A stretch of 64,000 nt of DNA from Vicugna vicugna (taxonomy: Eukaryota): assembly GCA_013265495.1 (NCBI GenBank), contig MU062453.1, positions 3,444,484-3,508,483 on the forward strand. Reading direction: 5' to 3'. Each line of letters begins with the position of its first letter. Within the stretch, counting starts at the first letter, position 1. Of this stretch, positions 1 through 12,531 are shown one piece after another. The notes below the pieces were generated by a model that saw only the letters and a program-made list of their open reading frames with translations, made no database searches and had not been told where the DNA came from. A program made the position numbers and the translations under genes.

Positions 1-440
1 CACACATCAGTCCTTCTGGCTTGTAGACCTGGCAGCTGTTTTTGTCCAGAACAGTCTTCAGCAACCAGAAATGTCTGGTGTAGAAACTTAGCTCAAAGTG
101 TGCCACTGAATTTGAAATGGCTGCAAAAAGTAGTTTGTGAGAGTCTAGACCCTTTGCACAGTCTGACTTCCCTCACAGGTGACAGTGGGAGATCAGACCC
201 CCTGAACTCTTCATCATGTGGATAACTGGGCAGCTGGGTTTGGAAGTGCAGGTCCCATCTGCCCAACTAGCCCTGGTCTAGGTCTTCACAGGTCCCTCCC
301 CAGGAGGCAGGCAGATTACATTGATGGTGACTTCCAAAGTCAGAACACCCTGAGTATTTGGCTTATCATAAAGCTGGTTCAAACCCCTGTAGGGAAATAG
401 TCAGTTGCTCCCAATAATTCAGTGTTATTTTCTCCCCTAG

Positions 441-596
<156 letters not shown>

Positions 597-2863
597 TAAG
601 TGCTTCAGACGGTTCCTGGTTGAGATGTCTTCTCACTTGGGTTAGCAGGTCCTGTGGGGTTGAAGTGGCCTGGGACTACCCGGGGGCAGTGCAGATGGAC
701 AGTCTGAAGTGAAGGCAGGGGCAGTGGAAACTGGGATTGGGCTGGCGGGGCTGCTCCGAGAGGAAGGATCTGTTCCTGAGTCACATTCACATCTTAATTT
801 TCAACTTACTGCTGTATAGTCACCACGACTCTTGGTGTGCAATTCATAGTCGGAGAAAGATGGAGAACTTAGCACAGGTGACCATGAAGTGGAGAAGAGG
901 TTCAGATTGTGTGGCTCCTGAGGAGTATAGCGGTGTGGTCTGTCCCCAGCTCCCTTGTGTGACAGCCCTGGAGCCACCAGCCCAGCCACAGTCCCACACG
1001 GGCTCTCGGGACTTGATTTATGGAGGGTTTGATGGAGGATTTTCAGGAATAATGTTGGCAGCGTGTTGGAATGTGCCAGGGAGGATTATGTGGTAGACTT
1101 CTTTTTAATGCTTTTCAGCATTTGCAAGCCTGACATTACGAGAGACTTCTAGGCTCTTGAGAGAATTTCTCCTGCTTGTTGGGGGAAACGGAGGTCAGAC
1201 AGAGCAGAAGAGGTGTATGCTGTTTGCGTGGCAGAGCGGATGCAGCAGCTTGGGGGTTCAGTGTTGAGAAAATCTGCTCTAACAGACGTGGTTTTGAAAA
1301 AGTCTTTTCTCAGACACTGATTTGTTCAAGCACAAGTCTAGAATGAATTCCTTGAGAAAGAGGTGGGCAGGCATGTGAGGGAGGGAGTAAACTGGAAATA
1401 ACCCACACCTTTTTGAGAATTAAAAGAAGGAACTGGCTTTTGGCATTTTTTTTTTTTACTGTTTTTTAAATCTATTTCTAAGTGCTTTTCTTTTCCAAAA
1501 AAGAAGATGCATTTCTCTTTTAAGCTGTTAAAGTATATAAGATCACTTTGTAGGGAGGAAGGTGTGGAATTGTTTGCTGTGGTTCTATGAATTGTCCTTA
1601 CGTCATATGCAGATTTCTTCCAGTTCTGCAGAAAGGTGCAGCATGTATTATAGCTGGTGCAGGGTGACACCTGTGCGTTCTTTGCTGATGTTAGGTCCTT
1701 ATCGTTGGTCCTTTCATGTTTTCATCACACTAGGGTCAGGGAAGGTTGTTAGAACTAAGCTGTGAGCTCTGGGAGGGCATGGGCTGAGTCTTTACCTCAT
1801 TGTGCCTGGCACATGGGAGGCATGTTATGGACATTTTGCGAAATGAAGGGAGATATCGTTGCTCAGCACTTCACCTTCAGCTGCTCTCCAGGTGATCCAG
1901 GCACTTACTTGGCCCTTGGTGCCGTGCAGCTGGTGTGGTTCTGTCTGCAGGCCCTACCTTGTGCCTGGCTCCTGTTACTGTGCGTTCTTAGCTTAGTAAC
2001 ATCTGGAGCACCCTCCTCAGTGAGATCTACATTCTGATCATTGCTGCTGGGGACCAGCTGCCCCCCCCCACTCCCCCGCTGGGAGTGGACTCTCATAGGC
2101 TCAGAGGAAGGAGCAGAGCTGGAAACAGCACCAGAGGCCATTCTTCTTTCTGTTCCACTGGGGCAGATCGGGCCAGGGGAGAAGCTCTTGGGGACAAGGA
2201 TATGCCTTTCAAGAGTTCCTGTGACAAGCTCTGAACATGGGCTCTGGAGTTGGCAAGCTTAGATTTAAACTCCTGCTCCCTACTTAATGGAGGGTTGGCT
2301 GCTGAGTCTCAGTCTCCTAGTCTGGGAAGTGGAAATAACGGGACTCCCCGCCTCGAGGGATTGCTGTGAGCACTCGGTGAGCTTGTGGGGCCCGTGTAGC
2401 CGGTCAGGTCATCCTCCTCTGCCTGGACCGTCTGCTCAGCTGGGTATTGAGCCACACGTGGCGGCCTCCAGTCTTTGGAGTTGGTTACTTTTTTTCTGTA
2501 TAATGACAATCCTCTAAGATATCCAAACCGTCTTGTAAAGCCCTGAGTGGCCCAGACCTGGCGTCCCACACATGCAGTTACATTTCCACATCCATGTGAA
2601 ACCCTGAGGTGACGAGGACAGGATTGTTGCGGGTGGCAGTGCAGCATCCTTTTGACTTGTGGAGCAGGGAGAAATCAATTCGAACCACGAAGACAGCACA
2701 AGTGGGAGGAACGGCAGAGACGGGAGCTCTGTGGGCAGAACTGTCCATCCGAAAGGCGAGGTTGAAGCGGGAGCAACCTGGGGTCCAGTGTCGAGCACAG
2801 GATCCGGCACCTCGGGGACTGATATCTGTTGACTGGGTGCATGGATTCGGGAAGAAAAAATGA

Positions 2864-3244
<381 letters not shown>

Positions 3245-3335
3245 TAACCTCCACGTTGGCCTGGCTATAGCGTCACTGTTATTGTCTCTGCAGTAAACTA
3301 GCTTTGATCTTCACTTTTTTTTAATTGTTTTTCTT

Positions 3336-3382
<47 letters not shown>

Positions 3383-3383
3383 T
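3336..3383. repeat. Compound microsatellite (TG)n(TA)n followed by a T run
   Basis: Direct sequence. Confidence 0.95.
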
Positions 3384-3685
3384 ACTCAGATAGAGTCAGT
3401 TTAATGTTACGTCGGTTGATTTTCACTTTTTAACAGCTTCCCTCCCATGAAAGGAGCTTTACCCTAAATAGCTTTGTTTGAAGAGATGCTCTTAATTTTA
3501 ACATGGAAGCCAGGAAGAGTCAAAGAATCCCCTTCCCTCTCGTTTTTCTCTCTGTGCTCAGATGGTCCCGATTTTGCTACATGTTCTAGACTCCGCCTCC
3601 CTCGCTGGGATCTTTCCTGAGTAAGACCTGAACCACTCCTCCAGCACAGGCTTGTTGTAAACGTGTAAAGCCATGTTGTGCTTGA

Positions 3686-3928
<243 letters not shown>

Positions 3929-4278
3929 TAAAATTTTGGCCTCTGAAGAAGGAGGCTGTTAGTTGTAAAACTTGTAAAAGTTCAAACCAGTATCACGTGT
4001 CAGAAGAAACAGCTATCCTTCATGTTTAAATAGCTAGAAAGTTGTGGACATTTCCACTGTGTTTCAATTTCTGCCTTTTAAGTGCTCACGTAGGGAGCAT
4101 TAATAGGGAAGATAGACTTTATTTTTACAAGATCTCATCTTCCAAGGACATGACTGGAGACTTGAGAAGAGGGCCCCTCACCCAGCCCTCACCTCTGCTC
4201 ACTTCAAGGGGAGCAGATTTCCTGACAAGTCAGCCAAACATGAACTTTCATGGGACTGCCTCTTGCTGATTTTTCAAG

Positions 4279-4502
4279 GAGCAATGGAAGGAGCTCTCCC
4301 ACGAGGACCTGGAGCCCCCTCCTGAGCACGTGCCCCCACCTCCCCGGCCTCCCAAACGAATCCTGGAGCCGCACAACGGGAAGTGCAAGGAATTCTTCCC
4401 AAACCACCAGTGGGTAAAGGATGAGCCTGAGGAGGATAAAGAAGATGGCCCCATCAAGGAAGAAACCAGAACCCCCTTAAACGTCCCCTGCAGCGTGGAA
4501 AG
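4279..4502 (+). CDS. PTPN1: PTP1B exon 8 (proline-rich region EQWKELSHEDLEPPPEHVPPPPRPPKRILEPHN...)
   Basis: ttttcaag acceptor, GTAATG donor, 224 nt, ends phase 2; SH3-binding PPRPPK motif. Confidence 0.97.
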
Positions 4503-6885
4503 GTAATGTGAGCAGGTCCTGGCTTCCTGGGGGCGAGAGGAAGTGACTTTCTGTTCTAGAAATACATGCTGACATTGAAACCCGTGGACAGAGCCTCCTC
4601 TTAGCCAACAGCCCTTCTGTGTCCTTAGGGAATGGGGCTCCTGGACCATCGCAGCTCCTCCTCTGGCTGGAGGAGCCTCAGGGCTGAGCCACAGGTTGGC
4701 TGGGTGCCTGACTTTAGTGGGGGTGTAGCACCACCTGGTGGTGCTTGTTGGAATCAGGGCTCTGGTGCAGCTGAGTCAGGTCTTCCTGCCTAGTGGTGAC
4801 AGTGACAGAAGACAGACGCCTCCCTAAGACTTCAGGCTAGTCCTAAAATTAATATCTAGGCCTGACCATGTACCTTCAGCCCCCAGAATGGTTTCTGGGA
4901 ACTTAACCTTTTCATGTAGTCTTGGTTGAATTGATTGCTATTTTGCTTGCCTGAAGTTTGACAGATTACTGAGCACCTACTGACGTGCGTGAAACACTGA
5001 GATAACTAGACCGTAGCCCCTGCTCTGTATTCTAGACCATCTTTTTGGGAAGTGGGCAGTAGACTGTGGTGGGGGCCCACAGACAGTGACGTGATGGTGG
5101 TCAGCCTTAGAGAAGAGACACTCAGCCTTCCCTGGGTGATCAAGGAAGGCTGCCTGCAGGAGGTAGCATCACGCAGAAGCTTGAAGGGTGAATGGGAGTT
5201 AGCCCAAGCCTGAGACTGTGGAGGCAGTGGCTTGGTGCCTGCTTTCTTGGAGGGCAGTTTAAGGTTAGTGCATCCTTTGACCCCACATTTGTTTACATCT
5301 AGAAATTCAGCCTGCAGCAGTTCTCAAGCAAGTGTACAAAGATGTACAGGTAGAGGTGTTCGTGGGGGCAGCATTTGTAATGGTGAAAAACTAGAGATGA
5401 GCTTATTATGTATCCTGGGAGTAGATACATTGTGCTCTCTCCCGTGTTGGATATTCTACAACTATTAAAGAATGGAATCAGGGTGTATCGTTGGGACCAG
5501 GTGTTGGAGCCGTTGTGGGTGAGAGAGCAGGTTACATGTGATGTGTGCCCCATGGGTCCTCTGGCTCAACTGATCATCAGAATCTCACCAAGGCACTTTG
5601 CTAAATGCTGGTTGCCAGGTCCCAGTTCTGACCCATGAACGTGGGTCCCCAGGGCCTTTCAGGTAACTAGTCCTTATCACAGAGACACTGGATCCAGTTC
5701 TGTCCAGTGGGCCTCCCAGAGCAGCAGCTTGGTGGCTGTGCCCTGATTCCCAGGGCCTCTGTTGACATTCTCAGGCTGGGCCGCTGTGCTCCAACTGAGG
5801 GCTCGCCAAGGGCCGAGGGTAAGAGAGACGGGAGCTGGCCTGTGACTTGTGTCAGATTTGTTTCGTGTGCCCTGTTTCATTAAGACAGTGAAGAGAGAGG
5901 TGCCTTTCACACTCTGGGGGGGAAGGTGGTGAGCAGAGAAGTGTGGATTTGGGAAACTAAAAGCCAGAGAGTTCCAGGGGAAAAGGGAGTTGTACCAAGA
6001 ACAGAAGTGTCTCTGGGCACTGGTGGCAGCCCACATGCACACGGGCCTCTGCCCTACAGCCAGGGCCTCACAGGGCAGGCACCGGGAAGCAGGTGCCTCA
6101 TGCAGCCTCCCGTCTCCTGGGGAGGTGGCACCTCCACACGGTCCTGCCAGTCTCACAGGATGCTGCTGGGGCAGGAAGGCCATGGAGATGCGCATGTGAG
6201 GCAGGACTTCCTCAGTGGACGCAAGTATGGGAAGGGAAAGGCCTAGGAGAGGTGGGGAGGGAAGAGGCAGCACCTGGCTCCTCACCAGCCCATGAGCCTC
6301 TGCTGGCCTCTCGAGACAACCCTGTGGCCGGAACAGTGCATGCCATCCCCACGCATTGCTCTGGCGAGTGCACACAGGACACCTGGGAAATGGTTTTGCT
6401 GCAGGATGGGATGGGGCTGAGGACTCGGGCCCGCAGCGGCATGGGCACCAGGTCAGCACTGGGAATGCCTGATGTCCGCACGTCAGCAGCCACAAAGACC
6501 TCTGGGTATCAGTGTCTGCTGGGTCCCCAGGGAGGGAGTGGAAGACTGTGGGCCACCCCATTGCCTGCCCTGACCTGATCTGAAGCAGAACATTCTACCA
6601 GCAGCCCCAGGGCAAAGTTGGCATCTGTCTTTGCACCAGTGGCTGTATTTCTCCTCAGACCCTTATCCATCCCGAATTACCAAGGAGTCCTCGCATCTTC
6701 AGAACCCTTCTGTGGCCCTACCGTAGGGCCCCGGGAAGGAGGTGGTGACAGGTGGGCTTCCGGCATCAGCATCGCCAGGCTGTTTATATGCAGCTCATTG
6801 TTTCCTAGAATCCCTCCCGTAATGAGCGCCTCCTGGCCATTTTCTCCAGAGTAAGTAACCCAGCTCTGCCCTCCTTGTTCCTCAG

Positions 6886-7060
6886 CATGAGTCAAGACAC
6901 TGAAGTCGTCAGAAGGCGGGTCATGGGGGCAGATCCTGCCCAGAGGGAGCCACCACCGCTCAAGGAGGAGCAGGACCGGGCGCTGACTCACTGGAAGCCC
7001 TTCCTGGTCAACATGTGCATGGCCACGGTCCTCACGGCCGGCGCGTACCTCTGCTACAGG
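6886..7060 (+). CDS. PTPN1: PTP1B exon 9 (MSQDTEV...WKPFLVNMCMATVLTAGAYLCYR, ER tail anchor)
   Basis: cctcag acceptor, GTATGT donor, 175 nt; hydrophobic C-terminal anchor. Confidence 0.96.
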
Positions 7061-7075
7061 GTATGTTTTCACTGA
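7061..7075 (+). CDS. PTPN1: Alternative PTP1B C-terminus VCFH* by read-through into intron 9
   Basis: GTA TGT TTT CAC TGA in frame after exon 9; matches the known VCFH isoform. Confidence 0.75.
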   Translation, partial: VCFH

Positions 7076-8311
7076 CGGACGTGCTGGTGAGACCACGTGT
7101 ACAGAAAGCACTGGCCACCAGCCTGGCGTTAACATCCAGTGCCGCGGAAGGCTCTGAGCCAGTCTCAGAAGAAACGAGCGAAGGTTTTTAAAGTCTGGAA
7201 CTGTGAAGGGCTAACGAGNNNNNNNNNNNNNNNNNNNNNNNNNNNNNNNNNNNNNNNNNNNNNNNNNNNNNNNNNNNNNNNNNNNNNNNNNNNNNNNNNN
7301 NNNNNNNNNNNNNNNNNNNNNNNNNNNNNNNNNNNNNNNNNNNNNNNNNNNNNNNNNNNNNNNNNNNNNNNNNNNNNNNNNNNNNNNATAATAGAATTAC
7401 AACACATTGTTGTTTTTAACCTTTATAAAAAGCAGCTTTTTGTTATTTCTGGAAAAAAAAAAAGACTAGGCACTTACGAAACTTTGTTGTACCCTTAGGT
7501 GGTGTAACCAGATACACAATTTTTATTTGATTTCCCAGGGAAAGGCTCCCCAATTCTATGAATGTAAACTCCTTTGGAGAAGACGGTTTAAAGGTTTAGG
7601 ACACTGTCATGCTCAGGCACTTCCTCAGCTGTGCGCACGCTGAGCTGGGACAGTGCCTGCGAGCTTTCCCTTTTTAAAAAGAAAAACAACAAAAGGCCGC
7701 CTCTAGAAAATAAAACCCGGCTTCTGCTTTTGCTCAGGGTGTCCCGCTGGTTTCCCATTGTTCATCTCTCCATCCATCCCTTCTTGTTACAGCCACCTTG
7801 CACGTGGCCCGCCCTCATCACTCCATCCCCAGAAACAGGGTTCCTCAGGGCCCCTGCCTCAGGGTCAGAGGTCACCGAAGGGTGGCCCCTGGCTTTTCAT
7901 CCTGCCATTGAGATCCAGAAGGAGCAGTTTCCACTTCGCTTGGAGGATAATTACCATTTCAGTAGAAACCCACACATTAGAACGTGTCACTGTTAAAGTT
8001 AAGGAGAAGAGGGAGGATTCGCCTCAAAACTCATCATGGAAGTCGCCTCCCAGGGTTGTTTTGGTTTTTTTTTTAAACCTCTTTCTAAGCAACCATCTTT
8101 GAGTGCATCAGGTGGTTTAGCAACATGCAGACAATTTTTTCCTTAGGGGTGATTTTTGGGAAGGGGGAGCTATTGCGGGAGGGGAAAAAAATCAACCCCC
8201 CCTTCCTGGGAGGCTACAGCGGCCGGGGGCCGGGCGGCCGGGGTTGGGCATGAGTCTGCAGCTCTGCAGGGTGGGTCCAGGCTCATCTGAAAATGTTTGG
8301 TTTCATTCCAG

Positions 8312-8335
8312 TTCCTGTTCAACAGCAACACATAA
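8312..8335 (+). CDS. PTPN1: PTP1B exon 10 coding part FLFNSNT*
   Basis: tttcattccag acceptor then TTC CTG TTC AAC AGC AAC ACA TAA, the canonical C-terminus. Confidence 0.96.
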   Translation, partial: FLFNSNT

Positions 8336-10370
8336 TCTGACCCACCTCCACCCACTGTCCGCCTCTGCCCGCAGAGCCCGCACCCAGCTAGCAGGCAGCC
8401 GAGGTAGGTCAGGGCCGCCGGACAGCGTAGCCAGCCGTGCCCCAACGGACGTTTGTTCTGCACTAAGGCTCCCCTCCCCGGGCTGTGGGTCTTACCTCCG
8501 TCCTTTTACTTTTCTGCCCTCCCCTTCCTTCGAGTACCGGGTCCACGTCCCATTTTTTGAGGAGGACACAGGAGAGCGCCATGCTGGGGGCTCCGAGGAA
8601 GGCAGCCTGAGCCAGCAGAGGGGCGAGCCTCCAGCGATGGCCCCTGGGCTCGTCCCCCGCGGCTGGCAGCCAACGCCCCCCTCAGCCCTGCACGGAGATG
8701 CGTGCAGTCAGCCTCTCCACTCCATATTTATTTTTTAAGTTTTTTCCCCCAAAGGTGTCCATAGTGCACTAGCAGTTTCTTAAACCAATATGTATTAAAG
8801 TTTTTTGATGTCAGCCTTGCATTAAGGGCTTTATCAAGAAGTACAATAATAAACCCTCAGGTAGCACTGAGAACGTAGGATTCTGCCTGCGAGCCGCCGC
8901 GTCAGACCAGTACTAGGAAGGAGGACGGTTTTAAGCAGTCGCTATCATGACATTGGGGGTAACATGGGAAGAGGTTTGCATATGTTTATAGAACAATGGG
9001 CTAATATATAATGAACACTTGGATATTTAAGACACATGGCGTGAGATTACTTTGTCCCGGTTACTCCCCCCCGGTTATCTGCTAGAACCTTGGTCTCAGT
9101 CACCGCTCTCCCTGTGTGTTTTAGGATGCATGTATGGTCTTTTTGTGTCCCGACCAAATACCATGTGCTTGAAATACTTAGATCTCTGCTTACTAATGTG
9201 CCCCGTGTCCAAGTCCAGTTACCTTTGCATGATCTGATCATTACGTGGCTGTGGTTCCTAAGACCGTTGCTGAAATAATCGCCATTCAGCAATGGAGTGA
9301 TGTTTTCCAGGAGGAGATATTTGCCTAATTCCTGGCATGACACTCTGGTGACTTCCTAGTGAGGCCTCGCCTGTCCTGGTCCAGCTGGGCCCCACTGTAA
9401 CTCAGACATTCCAAGGGTATGGGAAGCCATAGTCGCGTTCTGGACGTTTAGACAAGCAGGGCCGTCCCCGTTCCCCCCCTTTGAGCTCAGCCTCCGCTAT
9501 CCCGGGTTCACACTCTTCTTGAGCAGACCGTGATTTGGAACCAAGGCAACTGTTGGAAACCACGCTTCTCGAGACAACCTGGACGACGGTCCCTTCAAGT
9601 CAGCCTGCTGCCCTTCAGGTCCGGGGGCCTTGCTGACAGAGGCGTCTGCCCCGCCCTTGAACCCTGGGGACTGATGGTGCTCACGACTCTTCCTGCGAGG
9701 GGAACTTAAAACCTCCACGTTAAGTGGCTTTTTTAACAAGAAAAAAAAAAGGCAGCTGTAGCTCACGAGCTGCTCTTTTGCCAGCATTTTCACATTTTGC
9801 CTTTCACGTGTTAGAAGCTCGTGCAGAGAAAGTCTGTGGTGGGAACATTTGAGGCATCGCCCCGCAGAACCTTGGTGAGGTGTGAAGGCTGAGGTGCCAG
9901 GCTGTAAGCAGTTTTGAGTTGGGCTTGTTCGTCTGTTTTGTAAGTCCTGTATGTGTATGTAGTAGTTTGGGTGTGTATATATAGTAGCATTTCCAAATGG
10001 ATGTACTGGTTTAACCTCCTATCCTTGGAAGACAGATGGCTCTCCATCTTGTTACACGTATGTTAGAGAAGTAGCGAGCTGCTCTGCTATATGCCTTAAA
10101 CCAATATTTACTTGTCAGGTCATTATTTTTTACGATGGCCATAGAATAAACCATTTTTACAAAAATAAAAACAAACAAAAAAAAGTGAGGTGTTTTGGTA
10201 TAATACCTTTCCAGGTGTGTGTGTCCGTGGATGCATGATGGGGTGGGGGGGCGCATCTCAGGGTCTTCTGTGACCTCACAGAACTGTCAAACTGTACAGT
10301 TTTCCAACTTGCCATATAAATGATGGGTTTGCATTTTAGTTGCAACAATAAAAGTTTTTTTTCCTAAAGA
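8336..10370 (+). other. PTPN1: PTPN1 3'UTR (end approximate)
   Basis: Follows the stop codon; AATAAA at 8848, 10145, 10164 and 10347, the last followed by U-rich sequence. Confidence 0.75.
10347..10352 (+). terminator. Likely distal PTPN1 polyadenylation signal AATAAA
   Basis: AATAAA followed by a T run and GT-rich sequence, ~2 kb after the stop. Confidence 0.65.
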
Positions 10371-11449
10371 ACACGGATTTGGGGTGCAACTCTTGTTTCT
10401 TTCCATCCAGGCGGATGTGAAACAGATGTTGTCAGGAGGGTTTATAGTTTTTCCACATCTGGGGATTACAATGGCCTCGATGGCCTCCTGTGGTCATGGG
10501 TGCCTCTGGGCTGGGGGAACTTTCCCTGCCTGGTGCGTTTACTCCACACTTCAGGCCTCAATGCGTTTCCTTTCCTTCAACAACAAAACTCACCTTTCGA
10601 ATGTATTAGGGCTCTTGGATAACTTAATAAACGTATACAAGTTGTTTGAAGAACTGCTCAAACCTTAAGAACGTGTGCCTTAGCCAGCTGCCCGTAAAAC
10701 ACAGCGGTGGCCACATCTCAGCACCTCGGCTGAGTCACGTTTGATGTGGAATTGACGGAGAAATAACAATGAAATAGAAAAAATTCGTGGTCTTCCTTTC
10801 TTGTACAAAATGAAACGTAAATCTCCCCTAAAGTGATTTTTTGACTTTTCTTTCTGAAATAATTTCAGACTTGCAAAATGTTGAAAAAACAGAACAGAGA
10901 ATTCCCTTCTATCTGTCAAGGTTCTCTGACTGTCTCAAACTGGCTGCTGGATAGACTGCTTACGTTGTGGCCTCCCAGCAGGATGCAGGGAACTGGGAAA
11001 TAGAGACTGTCTGTGGTCATGTGACCACACAACGCCCAGTGAGGACACTGGGGCCCAGATGGTGGTGTCACACCCACAGCCACTTCAATCTCTTTCAGAT
11101 ACCAAAAAAAAAGGCATCTCAGCTTTCATGATGAGGTGGAATGCCAGTGTGGGAAAAAATAACTAAATTTGTAACTTCGGAGCAGAAATCTGATGTGGCC
11201 CGAGGGCAGAGAAGAGCCAGGCTGCTTGCTGTCTGTAGGAGAGGCCTGCGGGGCCTTCAGAGCGCACGTGCAGAGTCCAAGGGGGGGCACTGCCCCGAGG
11301 TCGCCCCCTTTACCGCTGCTGCTGGGTGAGAACCCACTTCACAGTGTTGCCCGGGGGAGTGATTGGTGAGAGGCTGGAGGGGCGGCTGCTCCCCTCAGGG
11401 TATGTGGGGAAACAGCCACTACCTTCCACTTTTTTTCAAGTAGAGTGAA

Positions 11450-12427
11450 ATACCAATAAAAAGTTATTTTAATTGAAATTTCAGAAAACAACATATAGAC
11501 AAGGCAAATAAATACCAAGTTAAACCAACAAGCACAGAGTATACACAGGAAATTAAATGAGCACGTTTAAGTTACAGCTGCTCGGTGCCATTGCCGACGG
11601 CCACCGTCAGACCCGGCTTGTCTCTACATTATTAACACAGAAAGCTCAGGACACACTGGAGTTTTTGTTTTAATAGACTTAAACAGGAAACTAACTTTCT
11701 TTCCTTCAACATGATCTTCAGTGAAATCTTTCTTCAAACCAGCTATGGTTCCTGAAGCAATTTACTCAATAAGCCCTAAATTGACTTCCTTCGAAAACTG
11801 GATTCCATTTTGCTTCGTGAGGTCAAAGCAAATGCTTTCACTGACGTGACACTCCAGGTTACTTGGCTGATGGCATGTCCTCCTTTCCTTTGTGCTCTTG
11901 AACCACAGTAAAAGGTCGGTGGTCAGCAGGCCGCCACCAGTCTCCACTGTGGCACGTGGGCTGCAGCTCGGGTTAAGGGAGTGAATCGTAGAAACCTTGG
12001 CTCTGCCTCCCGCCCCTGCCAGCTCGCCTTGGTGACAGCTTGCTGCCATTGAAATGACTTGACCTCCTCTCTCCTTAGCATGGTGAGCCGCCCGTCAGTC
12101 CCAGTCTTTATTGAACCGGAAATGGTGGCCTCCTTGTGGCTGGCACTGACCCAGCTCTGCCTCCCGGGGAAGATCAAGACAGATTCCCGAAGCCAAAAGC
12201 CGGCTGAAGTGCAGTCTTCAGAGTGCTGTGCGTCAGCTCATGTGCCCCTGTACAAAAGTCCCACTTGTGCCCTGGCTTTGTAACTGGCCCGGAGACTCAG
12301 AGCAGCTTGGCCAGCTCATGCTTCTTGGGGAGCGCACAGCGTACCCCCACCCAAAGCTCAGTCCCCATGTCACGGCTGGGCAGCAGCAAAAACAGATGCC
12401 AGATTTGAGCTCATCGGCTAAGGCTTT
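11450..12427 (-). other. RIPOR3: RIPOR3 3'UTR (end approximate)
   Basis: Lies between TAA at 12428-12430 and the ATTAAA signal. Confidence 0.6.
11468..11473 (-). terminator. Likely RIPOR3 polyadenylation signal ATTAAA
   Basis: Minus strand ATTAAA followed by the U-rich tract ataactttttattggtatttc, ~960 nt after the stop. Confidence 0.55.
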
Positions 12428-12531
12428 TTAAAATACTGTGATTTCAACATCTGCCTCCTGGCCAAAGGCTTCTTGTCTTTGTTCTGAGTAAAGTTTGTCC
12501 ATCTTCTCAAAAGCTAAACGTCCTTTTTCAC
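12428..12531 (-). CDS. RIPOR3: RIPOR3 last coding exon (GEKGRLAFEKMDKLYSEQRQEAFGQEADVEITVF*)
   Basis: ctttcag acceptor, 104 nt, family C-terminal motif ending in TAA. Confidence 0.96.

Noticed and set aside
4276-4281. NAGNAG (AAG GAG) at the PTPN1 exon 8 acceptor
   Set aside because: GAG is rarely used as a distal acceptor; the effect would be loss of one Glu.
5677-6561. 294-aa antisense ORF in PTPN1 intron 8, plus overlapping 161-aa and 106-aa sense ORFs
   Set aside because: No recognisable domain; Pro/Ser/Ala/Gly/Trp/Cys-rich composition typical of chance ORFs in GC-rich intron; no splice or promoter support.
10370-11450. Possible MIR645 ortholog (human MIR645 is recalled to lie between PTPN1 and RIPOR3)
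   Set aside because: No recognisable hairpin or mature sequence seen here.
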